From Lama guanicoe (Eukaryota): 64,000 bases of DNA. The notes below the pieces were generated by a model. The model did no database searches and had not been told where the DNA came from. It was given only the letters and a program-made list of their open reading frames with translations. The stretch covers positions 1,949,567 through 2,013,566 of the forward strand of contig MU053629.1 of the NCBI GenBank assembly GCA_013239625.1. The letters are read 5' to 3'. This document shows, in pieces, positions 51,933 to 64,000 of this stretch. The first letter of the stretch is position 1. Each line of letters starts with the position of its first letter. The position numbers were made by a program, and so were the translations under genes.

Positions 51933-54106
51933 ATGCTGGAAAAAATAGTCAGAATCAACTTTTGTAGAATCTAATAAAAATTACAACAACCAAGGGAAGG
52001 CTAGGTAAAGAAAGAAATGGCTACGCTGAATATGAAAGTGCTGTGGGGTTTTTAATTGCCTACCTACCATTCTCCACTCCCCAGCTCAGCAGGGACAGTG
52101 AGGATGGCAGTTACACTACTGATGCAGGCTGACAGTGCCAAATGAGCAATATGAACTTTACTCTCAAAGAATTGTGGCTGAATGTTATGACTTGACTGGC
52201 AGCTTCCTCAAAAGCTAGCACAAGAATGTCTTTGTTTTGTCTGACTTGGAGCATTCCTAGGGCAAGCAGCCTACAGGAGAGGAAAAAAGGGAAGGTAAGA
52301 CACAGAACTTAAAGCCTAGGGACAGACTGAGAAAGGAGAGAAATGTGCTTTGTAAACTCTCCTATGTAACAAGGAATCTAGAATGCCACACATACGCTGA
52401 AGGCTGAACACATGCATAGGGAAAGGTCTAAAAAGACCCTAAGATTTCCACCTCTCGCTGATCTTTAGGCTCCACACAAACAGGAAGGCTAAGGCAGGGT
52501 TGTAAACAGCCTGACTAAGCACTGGAGTACCCAAACACAGCATCATCCAGCCAAAAGTAGGGGAGCATTTTAAAAATTTTTCTTTATTTTATACATTTCT
52601 AGTGTCCAGGTGTTCACGAAATACAGTCAAAACACTAGTTGACTAAGGTATGTAAAAAAGACTTTAATGACCACACATGGCAAAGAATACATGCATAATA
52701 AAAACAGTTTTAAAAAGATATTAAACAAACAACAATGAAACTAATAACATCCCACAACAAGCAGCAACAAAAAACCATGAGGAGGGGAGGAATCTGACGG
52801 CTAGAGTCGTCAATACATAATAATATTCAAAATGTCCAGTTTTCAACAAAAGATTATGTGGCATGCAAAGAAACAAGAAAGTTCAGACCATTCACAGAGG
52901 AAAAAAAAGAATAAATACAGAAACTGTCTCTGAGGAAGCCCAGGCAAAGGACTCCACAAAGAATTAAAAGGAAACCAAGAAAACAGTATCTCACCAAGTA
53001 GAGAGTATCAATAAAGAAATAGAAATGATAAAAGGGAATCAAATGGAAATTCTGGAGCTAAGTAGTTTAGTAACTGAAGTAAAAAATTAACTAAATGGGT
53101 TCAACCAACATTTGAGCAGGAAAATGAAGGAATCAATAAACCTGAAGATAAGTCAATTAAGATTATCCAGTCCAAGAAATAGGAAAAGGATGAAGAAAAA
53201 TGAACAGAGCCTGAGGAATCTGTGGAACACCAACCAGCCAGCTTACCACCATAATGTATAATGGGAGTCTCAGAGGGAGTGGAAAGAGATGGAAATTATA
53301 TTTGAAGAAATAATGGCTGTAAAATTCCCAAATTGCATGAAAAACATGAATCTACACATCCAAGCAGCTAAACTAACTCCAAGCAGGATGAACTCAAAGG
53401 GATCAACACCAAGATACATTACAGTCAATCTGATGAGACACAAAGAATCTTGAAAGCAGCAAGAGAGAACCAACTTATCAGGTACAAGGTATCCTCCATA
53501 AGATTAAAAGCCAGTTTATCAACCAAGAATTCTATATCCTGCATAATCTTCTTTCAAAAATAAAAGAAAAACTAAGACATTCCCAGATAAACAAAAGCCA
53601 AGGGTGTCTGTCACTAGCAGACCTACTCTAAGAACTTTAAACTATAGAGTTCTTTAGGCTGAAATGAAAGAACACTAGGCAATAATTCAAAGTCATGCAA
53701 AGAAATAAAGAACAAGTAAAGATGGCTACATAAGTACATATACAAACCAGTATTACTGCATTAATGACTTGTAACTCCTCTTTTTCAGTTTATATATATA
53801 TGACTTGAAATAAGAAAACATAAAACAGTAAATATATGTTTATAACTAAGTATCTATGTCAACAGGAACACAATACATAAAGGTAAAATTTCTGACAATA
53901 ACAACGTAAGTAAGGGCGAGGGGTAGAGCTGCATGGGAGCAAAGTTTTTGTGTACTACTAAAACTAAGCTGGTATTAGTTCAAACTTGATTGTCATAAGA
54001 TTGAGATGTTAATTGTAATTCCCAGAGTAACACTAGGAAAAAAACTGTACAATATACAAAAAGAAACAAGAAGAGAATAAAACAGTACACTACTCAAAAT
54101 CAACTA

Positions 54107-54319
54107 CAGTTGACCCTTAAACACAGGTTTGAACAGCACGGGTCCAATTATACATGTATTTTTTTCAACAAATTTATACAGTACTACTATAATTCACGGT
54201 TGGTTGTATCTGCAGATGAGGAATTACAGATTTTGAGCTCTGATTATGGGACTAGAGCAGATTTTGGTATCAAAAGTGTGTCCTGGAACCAATCACCTGC
54301 AGATACTGAGGGATGACTG
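54107..54319 (+). mobile_element. Tigger2-family MITE (MER8-like) nested in L1
   Basis: TIRs cagttgaccct / agggatgactg, with TA duplication at 54105-06 and 54320-21. Confidence 0.88.
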
Positions 54320-54759
54320 TAATCACAAAAGAAGGCAGAGATGAAGGAATTGGGAAACAAAAAAGATGTAAGACACATAGAACACAAATAGCTAAATAGC
54401 AGAAGTAAGTCCTTCCCTATAAATTACTTTAAATGTAAATGGATTAAATTCTCCAATTAAACAGCAGAGACTGGTATAATGGGTTAAAAACAATGCAAGT
54501 AAATTCTATACACACACTCAATTTATAGTCAAAGATACAAAAGCTTAAAAATAAAAGGATGAAAAAAGATAGTCCATGCTGAGAGTAACCAAAGGAGGCT
54601 ATACTAACATCAGACAAAACAGAGTCTAAAACAAAAGCATTACAAAAGACAAATTGTTACAATGGTAAAAGAATCCATATAGCAAGAAAACAAAGCAATT
54701 ACAAACATAAACAAACCTAATAACAGCCACCAAACATACGAAGCAAAAACTGACAGAAT

Positions 54760-55040
54760 ATTTTTATTCTTATTTTTTATTGAAGTGAATTTGATTTACA
54801 ATGTTAGTTTCCAGTGTACAGCAAAGCAATTCAGTTATACATATACATACATACATACATACATATATATATTCAGTTTCTTTTCCATTATGGCTCATTA
54901 TAAGAAACTGAATGTAGTTCCCTTTGTTATACAGTAGGTCCTTGTTGTTTATCTCTTTTACATGTAGTAATCTGTATCTGTTAATTCCAAACTCCTAATC
55001 TATTCTTCCTTCCCCCTTTCCCCTTGGTAACTACAGAAAC
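54760..55040 (-). mobile_element. Younger L1 3' tail nested in L1 ORF2, with (TACA)n
   Basis: TSD actgacagaat at 54749-54759 and 55041-55051. Confidence 0.88.
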
Positions 55041-55695
55041 ACTGACAGAATTGAAGAGAGAAACTGACACTTCTACAATAACAGAGAGTTCAAAACTTCA
55101 CTTTCAATGATGGAAAGAACAAGAAGACAGTTGATTAATAAGGAAATAGAGTATTTGCATGACAGTATAAACCAACCAGACCTAACAGACATATACAAAC
55201 ACTCCACTTAACAAAGAGCAGAATACATATTTTACTCAAGTGTACATAGAATATTTCCCAGGAGGGATAATGTTAGGCCACAAGTCTCAATAAATTTTAA
55301 AAGACTGAAATCATATAAAGTATTTTTATGATAACAGAATGAAACCAAATATTAACAGAAGAAAAACCGGAAAATTCATAAGTATGTAAAAATTGAATAA
55401 CATACACTTAAATAACCAATGGTTTAAAGACAAAAATCACAAGGGTAATTAGAAAATACCTTTAAACAAATTAAAACAAAAACACAACATACCAAAACTT
55501 ATGGAATATAGTAAAAGCAGTGCTGAAAGGTAAATTTATAGGTATAAATGCCTATATTAAACAATAAAGACTCCAAATCAATATCCTAAGTTTGCACCTT
55601 AAAGAACTAGAAAAAGAAGAACAAGCTAAATCCAAAGCTGTTCCTAACAGAAGGAAGGAAATAATAAAGACTAGGGTGGGGGCAAAACAGAATTT

Positions 55696-55817
55696 GGGAG
55701 GAGGGGGAATTATGTTTGTTGTTTGTTTGTTTGTTTTTAATGGAGGTACTGGAGATTGAACCTAGGACCTCATGCATGCTAGGCATGCACTCTACCACTG
55801 AGCTATACCTTCCCCCC
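55696..55817 (-). mobile_element. Camelid tRNA-derived SINE nested in L1
   Basis: Flanking repeat aaaacagaattt at 55684-55695 and 55819-55830. Confidence 0.92.
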
Positions 55818-56863
55818 TAAAACAGAATTTTTAAAAATAACAGAATCAACAAGACCAAAAGATGATTCTTTGAAAAGATGTTCAAAATTGAAAAACTTTT
55901 AGCTAAACTAACCAAGAAAAAAAGAAAGACTCAAATTACTAAATTCAGAGATGAAAATGGGGACAATTCAACAGACCTTAAAAATAAAAATGATTATAAG
56001 TGAATATAATGAATAACTGTACACCAAAAAAAATCACACAACCTAGATGAAATGGACATGGTCCTACAAACACACAAAGTACCAAAACTGATTCCAGAAG
56101 AAATGGAAAATCTGAACAGAACTACAACAAGAGACTGAATTAATAATCAAACACTTCCCCCAAAAGGAAAGCCCAGGACCACACGGCTTCACTGGTAAAT
56201 TCTACAAAACATTTAAAGAATAATTATCAATCCTTCTCAAACTCTCTCAAAATACAGAAGAGCACAGAACACTTCCTAACTCATTGTGTGTTGCCAGGAT
56301 TATCTCAATACCAAAACCAGGTCAAAACATTCAAGAAAAGAAAATTACAGACCAATACCTCTTACAAATATAGATGCAAAAATCCTCAACAAAGTACTAG
56401 CAAATCTAATCCAACAGCATCTTAAGAGGATTACACATTATGACAAACTGAGATTTATCCCAGGTGGGTCAACAATGACGATCAATCAATATAACACCAC
56501 ATTAACAGAATGAAGGAGAAAAACCATATGATCATCTCTACTGATGTAAAAGAAAAAAAAAGCTTTACAAAATCTAACACACCATCATGATAAAAACATT
56601 CAAACTAGCAGGAGAAAAAAATTCTTCATCACGATGAAGGGATTTTTATTGAGAACCCACAGTTAACATACTCAATGGTGAAAAGACTGAAAGCTTTCCC
56701 TTGGAGAACGGAAAAAAGACCAAGATGCTCTTCTCTGACACTTTCATTCAACACTGTACTGCAAGTTCTAGCCAGAGTAGTTAGGCAAAAAAAAAAAAGA
56801 AAGAAAGGCAAGCCACCCAGATTGGAAAGAAAAGAATAAAATTATCTCCATTCACAGATGACA

Positions 56864-56956
56864 AGGGAGGACAGGGAATAGCTCCATGGTAGAGTGCTTA
56901 GCATGCCTGAGGTCCTGGGTTCAATCCCCAGTACCTCCATTTAAAAGAAAAAAGTA
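56864..56956 (+). mobile_element. Camelid tRNA-derived SINE (short form) nested in L1 RT
   Basis: TSD tcacagatgaca on both sides. Confidence 0.92.
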
Positions 56957-57900
56957 TCACAGATGACATAATCCTATATATGGAAAACCAAAAGAATATA
57001 CACACAAAAAGTATTAGTTAATAAATACAACACAAAAATCAGTTGTAATCCTATACACAGTGAACAATCAGAAAATTAAATTAAGAAAACATTTCCATTT
57101 ATAATGGCATCAAAAAGAATAATAAGAAATACATTTATCTAAGGACGTATAAGAACTGAATACTTAAAACTGGAAAAAAACATCACTGAAAGAAATAAAG
57201 AAGACAGAATTAAATGGAGAGATATCCTGCTGTCCAAAGACTGGAAGACTTAATATTGTTACGACAGGAATACAACTCAAAGCAACCTACAGCTTCAACA
57301 CAATCCCTGTAAAAATCCCAATGACCATTTTTGCAGAAAAAGAAAGCCTGTTTCTATAGAGATTACCACTTCTACTCTGACATGTTAGGAGTATAAAAGT
57401 CATGGTTCCTGTCCCCACAATAAGAAAACTAAAAAGCAAAACCTCTTCTTAGATCTCTCACAGAACTGAGGTCACGGGGTAAATCACTGCTCAGAAAACT
57501 GTCGAGAGAGGAAGATAGCGAAAAGCCCAACTTACCAGAAGCAAAAGCCCGGGACCATAAGCCCATTGCTGGAGACAGCATTTATTTTTAACAAACCCTA
57601 CAAGCAAGGAGAGGATGGAATAATTAGTGATGGAAGAAAAAAAAAAAAGCCAACCTAGAGTTCTGTATGCAATTTAATTATCCTTCAATAGAGAAGGAGA
57701 AATAATGAATTTCAGACAAGAAAAAAGAGGGAATTTGTTGTCAGTAGGACTGACTTGCAGGAAATACCGAAAGAAGTTCTTCAGCGAGAAAAAAAGATGA
57801 CAGACACATGTCAAAAACATTTTGGTGAAGATGTAGAGAAATTAGAACCCTTAACATTCCTTAAGAGAGTGTAATTCTCACACTTCCTAATTTCCAAATT

Positions 57901-58017
57901 AGCTCAGCAGCAGAGTATGTGCTTAGCATGCATGAGGTCCTGGGTTCAATCCCCAGTACTTCTAATAAAAATAAGTAAATAAACCTAATTGCCCCAACCA
58001 GACAAATGAAAAAAAAA
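57901..58017 (+). mobile_element. Camelid tRNA-derived SINE, 5'-truncated, no TSD seen
   Basis: Starts at agctcag and contains gtcctgggttcaatccccagtac and aaacctaattg. Confidence 0.88.
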
Positions 58018-59559
58018 TTGGCAAAGAATTTGAAAAGACATTTCATCAAAAAACATACACAAACGGCCTACAGGCACAGGAAAAGATACTCAACATCATT
58101 AGCCATTAGGGAAATACAAATCAAAATCACAATGAGATACCACTTATACCCCCTAGGATGGCTATAATTAAAAAATAAATAAATAACAAATTTCAGTGAG
58201 GATGTAGAGAAATTAGAACCCTTGAACATCACTGGTGAGAATGTAAAATGGTGCAGTCATTGGAAAACAGATGGGGGTTCCTCAAAAAGTAAAACGTAGG
58301 ATTACCATATGACCAAACAATTCTATTCCTAGGTACATACCCTAAAGAATTGAAAACAGGTGTTCAAACAAAAACTTATACATGAATGCTCATAGGAACA
58401 CTATTCACAATAACCAAAAGGTGAAAACAATCAGAAATGTCCATCAACTGACAAATGAATAAACAAATGTGGTACAGACATGCAATGGACTATCAGCCAT
58501 AAAAAGAAATGAAGTGCTGATACATGCTACAGCATGAATGGACCTAGAAAATGTTAGCTAAGTGAAAGAAGCAGACACAAAAGGTTACGTATTATATGAT
58601 TTTGTTTATATGAAATATCCAAAATAGGTAAATCTATAGAGATATAAAGCAGGTTAGTGTTTACCAGGGGCTGTGGAGAGAGAGAAATGGGGAGTAACTG
58701 CTTAACAGGTATGGGATTTTTCCTTTTGGGATGATGAAAATGTTCTGAAACTAGATAAAGATTATGGCTTCACAACACTGTGAATGTACCAAATGCCACC
58801 AAACTGTGCGCTTTAAAGTGGTTGATTTTATGTTACGTGAAATTTACCTCAATAAATAAGGAGGTGTTAGAATAGAACTGGTAACATCTTATGAAAACAA
58901 TTACCTAAACATGATAAATTATTTTACTTTTTATTTACTATTATTTCCCAACTAAAACAAAATAACACTGAAATATTTCTTAAAGTGTCTCAAGATAAGA
59001 TGCTCCTGCCTTTTTCTAAATCAAAGTATTCCTCTAGAGAGGGAAGTGTGGTATTACAGAAAGCTTCTCAGGCGTAATTTACCCACAGGCTTATTTACTC
59101 TAAAATCTAAAAAAATTTTTTTTAAAGCTGGATGAGGTTTCAAATGTAGTCACCATGAGTAAAAAGGCCAAAGAAAACTCAGAAACTCAGCTACCACAAG
59201 TTACTTTGAACTTTATACCTAAAAAGCAGGACACAAAAATTTCCATAGGTTATTTCTCACAATCACATTTACAAGATAGTTTGAAATGACTTGCCCTGGA
59301 ACCTACCGTAAGCCCTATTTCCATTCTGACAATCACTTGCTATCTGTCACCTACGACTGACTTCTGAGTCTTCTTTATCTCTTGGTCTCCAGTTACTATT
59401 AGCTATTTCTTCAGAAGGCTTCAGAGGCAGAGATGCCTGGGTTTAACATCCTGTGTCTCCCACTTACCAATGGTGTGAAAGTCAGAGGTAATCTTCCTTC
59501 CTGGTTACATAAACACTTGACAACCAACTGTCACTATTACTACTCTTCTGTGTTTTCAC

Positions 59560-60520
59560 TGCTGCTAGATTATATCCACTAGGTTACGTCTAAATCTCTT
59601 CAACTGGATTCCTTCATTCTTTTTTCAATAATCCAAAGGATTCTGCACATCATAGTCAGATTTACTCTGCATACATACAAACACATCCTGTTACTCCCCA
59701 GCTTAAAAAACCTTCAATGGTCCTTCCTAGTTACAACATCAAATCTAATTTCCTCTGCCTGTTTTCACTATTCTCTATTAACAGCTGTACTGCTTGTTAA
59801 AACAGATTGTTGGAACCCCTACAGTTTCCAATTTTGTAAGTCTGGAGCAGAGCCTCAGAATTTGCTTTGCTATAAATTTCCAGGTATGCTGATGCTGCAG
59901 GTTGAGGAACTATACTTTGGGAAGTACTGCTTAAAATATGACCCCCTTCTGCTTCCTGAATCTTATTTCTCCCTACTCCCTAACCAGTACACGTGCCTTT
60001 GATTAGATTAGTTTCACAGGCTGTGCCCGATTCTCCCTCCCTGCTCTAACTTAGCTGCCCCCAAACACTCTTCCCTACCCAAATCACACCCATCCTTTAA
60101 GCCTGCGGTTTCTCAACACTGCCTGCACTTTACAATCATCCTGGGAAAGATTTTAAAACCTATGGATGCCCCACACCTGAGATTCTGATTCAACTGATCC
60201 TGGGACAAGTTTCCCTAAGTGATTCTAACAAGCAGCCAGAGCTGAGATCCACTACTTTACCTTCAATCTCCTTCCCATCAGAATTATGAACACTCACTGA
60301 ATTTTCTCTCCACTAAATTCCTATAGTGTTACCAGATTATATCATCAAGTTTGCACTTAGTTACATATCAGACGGTATTACACTCTATCTTTCATTTTAA
60401 GTTTCATTCTCAAAACTGATCAACGATCATATATACAGCTTTAATTTCTGTATTACGACAGCACTAGTACGGTGATAATACACAGTAGGAACTCAGTGGT
60501 TATTTCCTCACTGACTGTGG
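59560..60520 (+). mobile_element. L2 fragments with MER5-family insertions (about 59795-59930 and 60103-60255)
   Basis: gcttaaaaaaccttcaatgg and cacagtaggaactcag; MER5 motifs gctgatgctgcagg and gagattctgattcaa..gtgattctaa. Confidence 0.55.
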
Positions 60521-61379
60521 ACTCAAACTGGAATTCAGAGCTTTAAATATTTCTAGTCTATCTAATTCATGAACCTATCCTCCCTCTCTCTCTTTTTTTT
60601 TTAATACATTTCTGTAACAAACTCATTTTGTTATTGTGAGTCATTAAACTCCTTCCTTCCCCAATAAATTGGAAAGAAAAATACTAATGTATCAAAATGC
60701 TGTGGAGAATAATAAAATGATGAATAGCATCATAAATGGCTTCATAGTTGCTTCCTTAGAGCAAATGGCCTTTTCTAAATCCATTAAAGACTGTTTCAAA
60801 ACAGTTAAAGAGAATCAAAGCACACATATTTAATGCTGCTGAAGCTTTGAATAGCTCTATGATTTGTTTTCTCAACAGATGTGCATCCTTCAAGCCCTGC
60901 ATTCACCAGATGCATATTAAATTAATCCGTACTTTTAGTTTTTACATAACACTCCACTCTAGTTTTATAAATATACCACCACATAAAGCAGAGTTCCACT
61001 GTTGCTTTATGACATGAAATATTAACAGATAATCTCCACTGGGCAAAGAAAAAAATACATTAAGATTCATTTTAATGCAGCCAAATGTGTGCTTGCTAAA
61101 TATAAGTTATAATATCTTCATTATTTTTGAACTGGCTGATTTCTAGCTAGAATGTGAAAAATAACAAATCTGCTCTTAACTAAAGATCCAGTGACATCTG
61201 GTACTGAAAGAAATGCACATAACTCAACACTTCAGAAATGAACTAGGACTTCAACTAAATATACTGAATTCTAATACTGTAGTAGTTTAATAGTCTACTT
61301 AAATTTCCTGGAAATTTTACTTTTTATAATATCATAATTTCTTCATTAACAAAAAAAAAACCCAAAAAAAACCCAAAGT

Positions 61380-61565
61380 AGTATATTGTATCAGAAATAG
61401 AACTGGAATAGAAGTCAGGAAACCTGGGTTCCAGCATGACTCATTAGGTATCTTGATCAAGTCTCTTAGCCTCTCTGCACTTAAGGAATCTCAGCTGTAA
61501 AACAAGAAAGTCTAACTAGACCACTTCCATGTTTCCTTCTAGCTTTATGAGTCCACACTCTAAGA
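61380..61565 (+). mobile_element. MIR/MIR3
   Basis: gaagtcaggaaacctgggttccag..caagtctcttagcctctctg..ctgtaaaa. Confidence 0.7.
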
Positions 61566-62460
61566 AACTCAAGAAACACAAGCATTAACCAGATGGATCC
61601 CATTAAAGACATAGTGAGCTGATGTATTGATCGATTTGGATGGCATCTATCTCTGGAAAATCCAAGTGCTTTCACACAAACAGATCGTTCATCGCGTTTC
61701 TTTTTATTTAACTAGGTGAGAAGGCAAGCAAAATACATCAAACAAAGTTATTAAACATTTTTTGCATCATACCTTAGATGACCAGAGTATCTGGATATCA
61801 AATACCAATTAAGGTTAAAACGTTTTGGAAAACAGGTGTCCTAGAAATCCAGGATAGGATCCAGTTATAAAATCAACACTTGAGGATTCAACAATTACTA
61901 CTTAGGCTACGTGAGAAACAGTGCCTCAGGATAGCACTTTATTCTCTTTAGAATAGCTATACCCACTCTTGAATCGGATTAGAAATATCAGGCAACTACA
62001 GCAGTGCCCATGGTATCTCTTCCTACTCAAACTTTGCCAGCTCAAGTTCCTGGATGGTCTTCAACAGCTGCAATGGGAAAAAACAAGTACTGGAGAGAGC
62101 AGCCAAGAAATCTGTATAGCTGAAACTTGCACAACAGTAAGTGGCAAAGCACCTTAACTTTAGTGATCGTTCAGACATTCTCAATTTAGATCTCTCATCG
62201 GGCCCCTTTACCACCTGCAACTGTCATGTAGACAGTGCCACATCTAGCTGACACTTCTAATGCCCAATTACATGTCTCAAAGAATTAAAGCACTGGTCAA
62301 TTAACACCAAATGACCTAATATCAACCTTTTTGAAAGGGAAACCCAAGACTTTGAACAATGTTTCTAATTACATCTCAGAATGTTAGAAAATCTCTTTTC
62401 AAAACCATCCCCACACATTACTTTACTCATTTTAGTTTTTAAAACAAAATGAAACAAAAC

Positions 62461-62940
62461 AGGGGTTGGGGTGGGAGAGAGGGATAAAATGGTAGGGCAC
62501 AGATGATTTTCAGGGCATTGAAAATACTCAAAATGGAGAGGTGGTATAGTTCAGTAGTGGAGCACACACTTAGCATGCATCAGGTCCTGGGTTCAATCCT
62601 CAGCACCTCCATTTAGAAAATACTCTAAATGATATTATAATGATGGAAAAATGTTACTATACGTTTTACTATACATTTACTATACATGTATAGTAACATT
62701 TTTCCAAACCTACAGTATGTACAGTAAAAAGAATGAACCCTAAATTAAACTATTTTGGGTGGTTATGATGTGTCAATGTAGGTTAATCAATGGTAACAAA
62801 TGTACTACACCATAGGGGATATTGACAATGGGGAAGGCTATGCATGTGTAGGGGCAGAGAGTATACTGGAAATCTTTGCACGTTTCTCTCAACTTTGCTG
62901 TGAATCTAAAACTGCCCTAAAAAAGTCTTTTAAAAAAATA
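62461..62940 (+). mobile_element. L1MC-like 3' end
   Basis: gcacagatgattttcagggcattgaaaatactc..gaatgaaccctaaa..caatgtaggttaatcaatggtaacaaatgtac; collinear with about 31975-32370. Confidence 0.8.
62536..62615 (+). mobile_element. Camelid tRNA-derived SINE (short form)
   Basis: TSD gaaaatactcaaaatg / gaaaatactctaaatg. Confidence 0.9.
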
Positions 62941-62999
62941 CATTAACATTTTTAGAATAGAAAACATTTTAATAAAACAAATGGATACCCTTGTGCAAT

Positions 63000-64000
63000 A
63001 ACACGAACATAGACACAGTCTTTAAACCTTCCCCCCAAACTCAAAACAGATCTTAGAACCCAGTGTAAAATGCAAAACTATAAAAATTCTCAAAGGTAAT
63101 ATAGGAGAAAAATCTATGTGGCCTTGGGTTTGGCAATGAGTTTCTAGAGACAACACTAAAAAGCAAGCTCAATGAAAGAAAAACTTGTAAAGTTGGATTT
63201 TATTTAAAACTAAAAACTTTCATATAATGAAAGACACTGCTAGGAAAATAAAGAGACAAGCTACAGATTGGACAAAAAATACTCGCAAAAAATGTATCTG
63301 ATGATAAAGGATTTGTATCCAAAATATACAAAGAACTTAATTAAAACTCAACAAGAAGAAAACAGCTCAATTTAATATGGACAAAAGATCTGAACGGGCA
63401 TCTCACCAAAGATAAAAAGATGGCAAATAAGCTTACAAAAAAGGTGTTCAACACTGTATACCATTAGGAAATTGCAAACTAAAAGACCTATTAGAATGGC
63501 TCAAGGACAAAAAAACTGACCATATCAAACTCTAGCAAGGACTGAGAGCAACAGGAATACTCATTCATTGCTGATGGGAATGCACACTAATGTGACCACT
63601 TTGAAAGACAGTTTCACAGTTTCTTACATAATTAAACACAGTCTTACCATACAATCCAGCAATAATATTTATCTACCTAAAGCAGTTGAAAGCTTATGTA
63701 TACACAAAACCCTGCACATGCTTCTTCATAGCAGTTTTATTTGTAATTGCCAAAAAAAAAAAAAAAGGAAGCAGCCAAGATGTCCTACAATAGATGACGG
63801 GATAAACAAACTGTAGTACAATCATATAATAGAAAATTATCCAGCAGTAAAAGGCAATGAGTTATCAAGCCGCAAAAAGACACATAGGAATCGTAAATGC
63901 ATGTGGCTAAGTAAAAGAAACCAGTCTTAAAAGCTACATACTATATGATTCCAACTATATGACATTTTGGAAAAGACAAAACTATAGAGTAGTAAAAAGG
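63000..64000 (+). mobile_element. L1MC-like ORF2 3' part and start of 3' UTR, running off the window
   Basis: aaaactataaaaattct..gccttgggtttggcaatgagttt and ggacaaaagatctgaac..tcaccaaaga. Confidence 0.85.

Larger units (their letters stand above)
51830..58858 (+). mobile_element. Near full-length degenerate L1 (5' region, ORF1, ORF2, L1MB-like 3' end) with at least six nested or foreign segments
   Basis: ORF1 remnants at about 52950-53700; endonuclease start taaatgtaaatggattaaattctccaattaaa at about 54430; RT peptide [27 protein letters not shown]; 3' end acctcAATAAA at about 58850. Confidence 0.9.

Noticed and set aside
51830..58858. Active full-length L1
   Set aside because: The ORFs are broken by stops, frameshifts, nested insertions and deletions.
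5868..62615. tRNA genes suggested by A/B boxes
   Set aside because: All have A-rich tails, mostly TSDs, and scattered divergence, so they are SINEs rather than tRNAs.
1..64000. The many 60-130 aa ORFs in the track
   Set aside because: They are L1 remnants, antisense repeat translations or low-complexity chance ORFs, with no recognisable cellular protein apart from CSNK1G1.
1..64000. CRISPR arrays, operons, prophage or defence systems
   Set aside because: This is mammalian intronic DNA, with no regularly spaced repeat-spacer array or gene-dense region.
58860..64000. CSNK1G1 promoter or first exon
   Set aside because: No CpG island or GC-rich segment is present. It presumably lies beyond position 64000.
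62461..64000. Circularly permuted single L1MC (3' end before ORF2)
   Set aside because: Two adjacent independent truncated insertions explain it more simply, and the right element is cut by the window edge.

Overview
This window is AT-rich, CpG-depleted, repeat-dense mammalian genomic DNA, not prokaryotic. Thirteen copies of a tRNA-derived vic-1-like SINE point to a camelid (alpaca, llama or camel). The window appears to lie entirely inside CSNK1G1 (casein kinase 1 gamma 1) on the minus strand. Only the first coding exon is present (exon 14321..13922, CDS 14102..13922). To its right are at least 49 kb of upstream intron with no CpG island or first exon, and to its left 13.9 kb of downstream intron with no further kinase exon. 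The rest is interspersed repeats: L1s of several ages with nested insertions, L2, MIR, Tigger/MER2 and MER5 DNA transposons, and ERVL/MaLR LTRs. I see no new multi-gene system. The observations most worth checking are: (1) a 43-nt candidate poison exon directly behind a UG repeat, an architecture typical of TDP-43 targets; (2) three uORFs, one in frame with the kinase and separated from it by a single TAA; (3) a full-length U6 snRNA/L1 chimeric retrocopy; (4) three fold-back (template-switch-like) scars; (5) several rearranged L1s. Repeat subfamily names come from recalled consensus sequences. Repeat boundaries are approximate unless a TSD or TIR is given.
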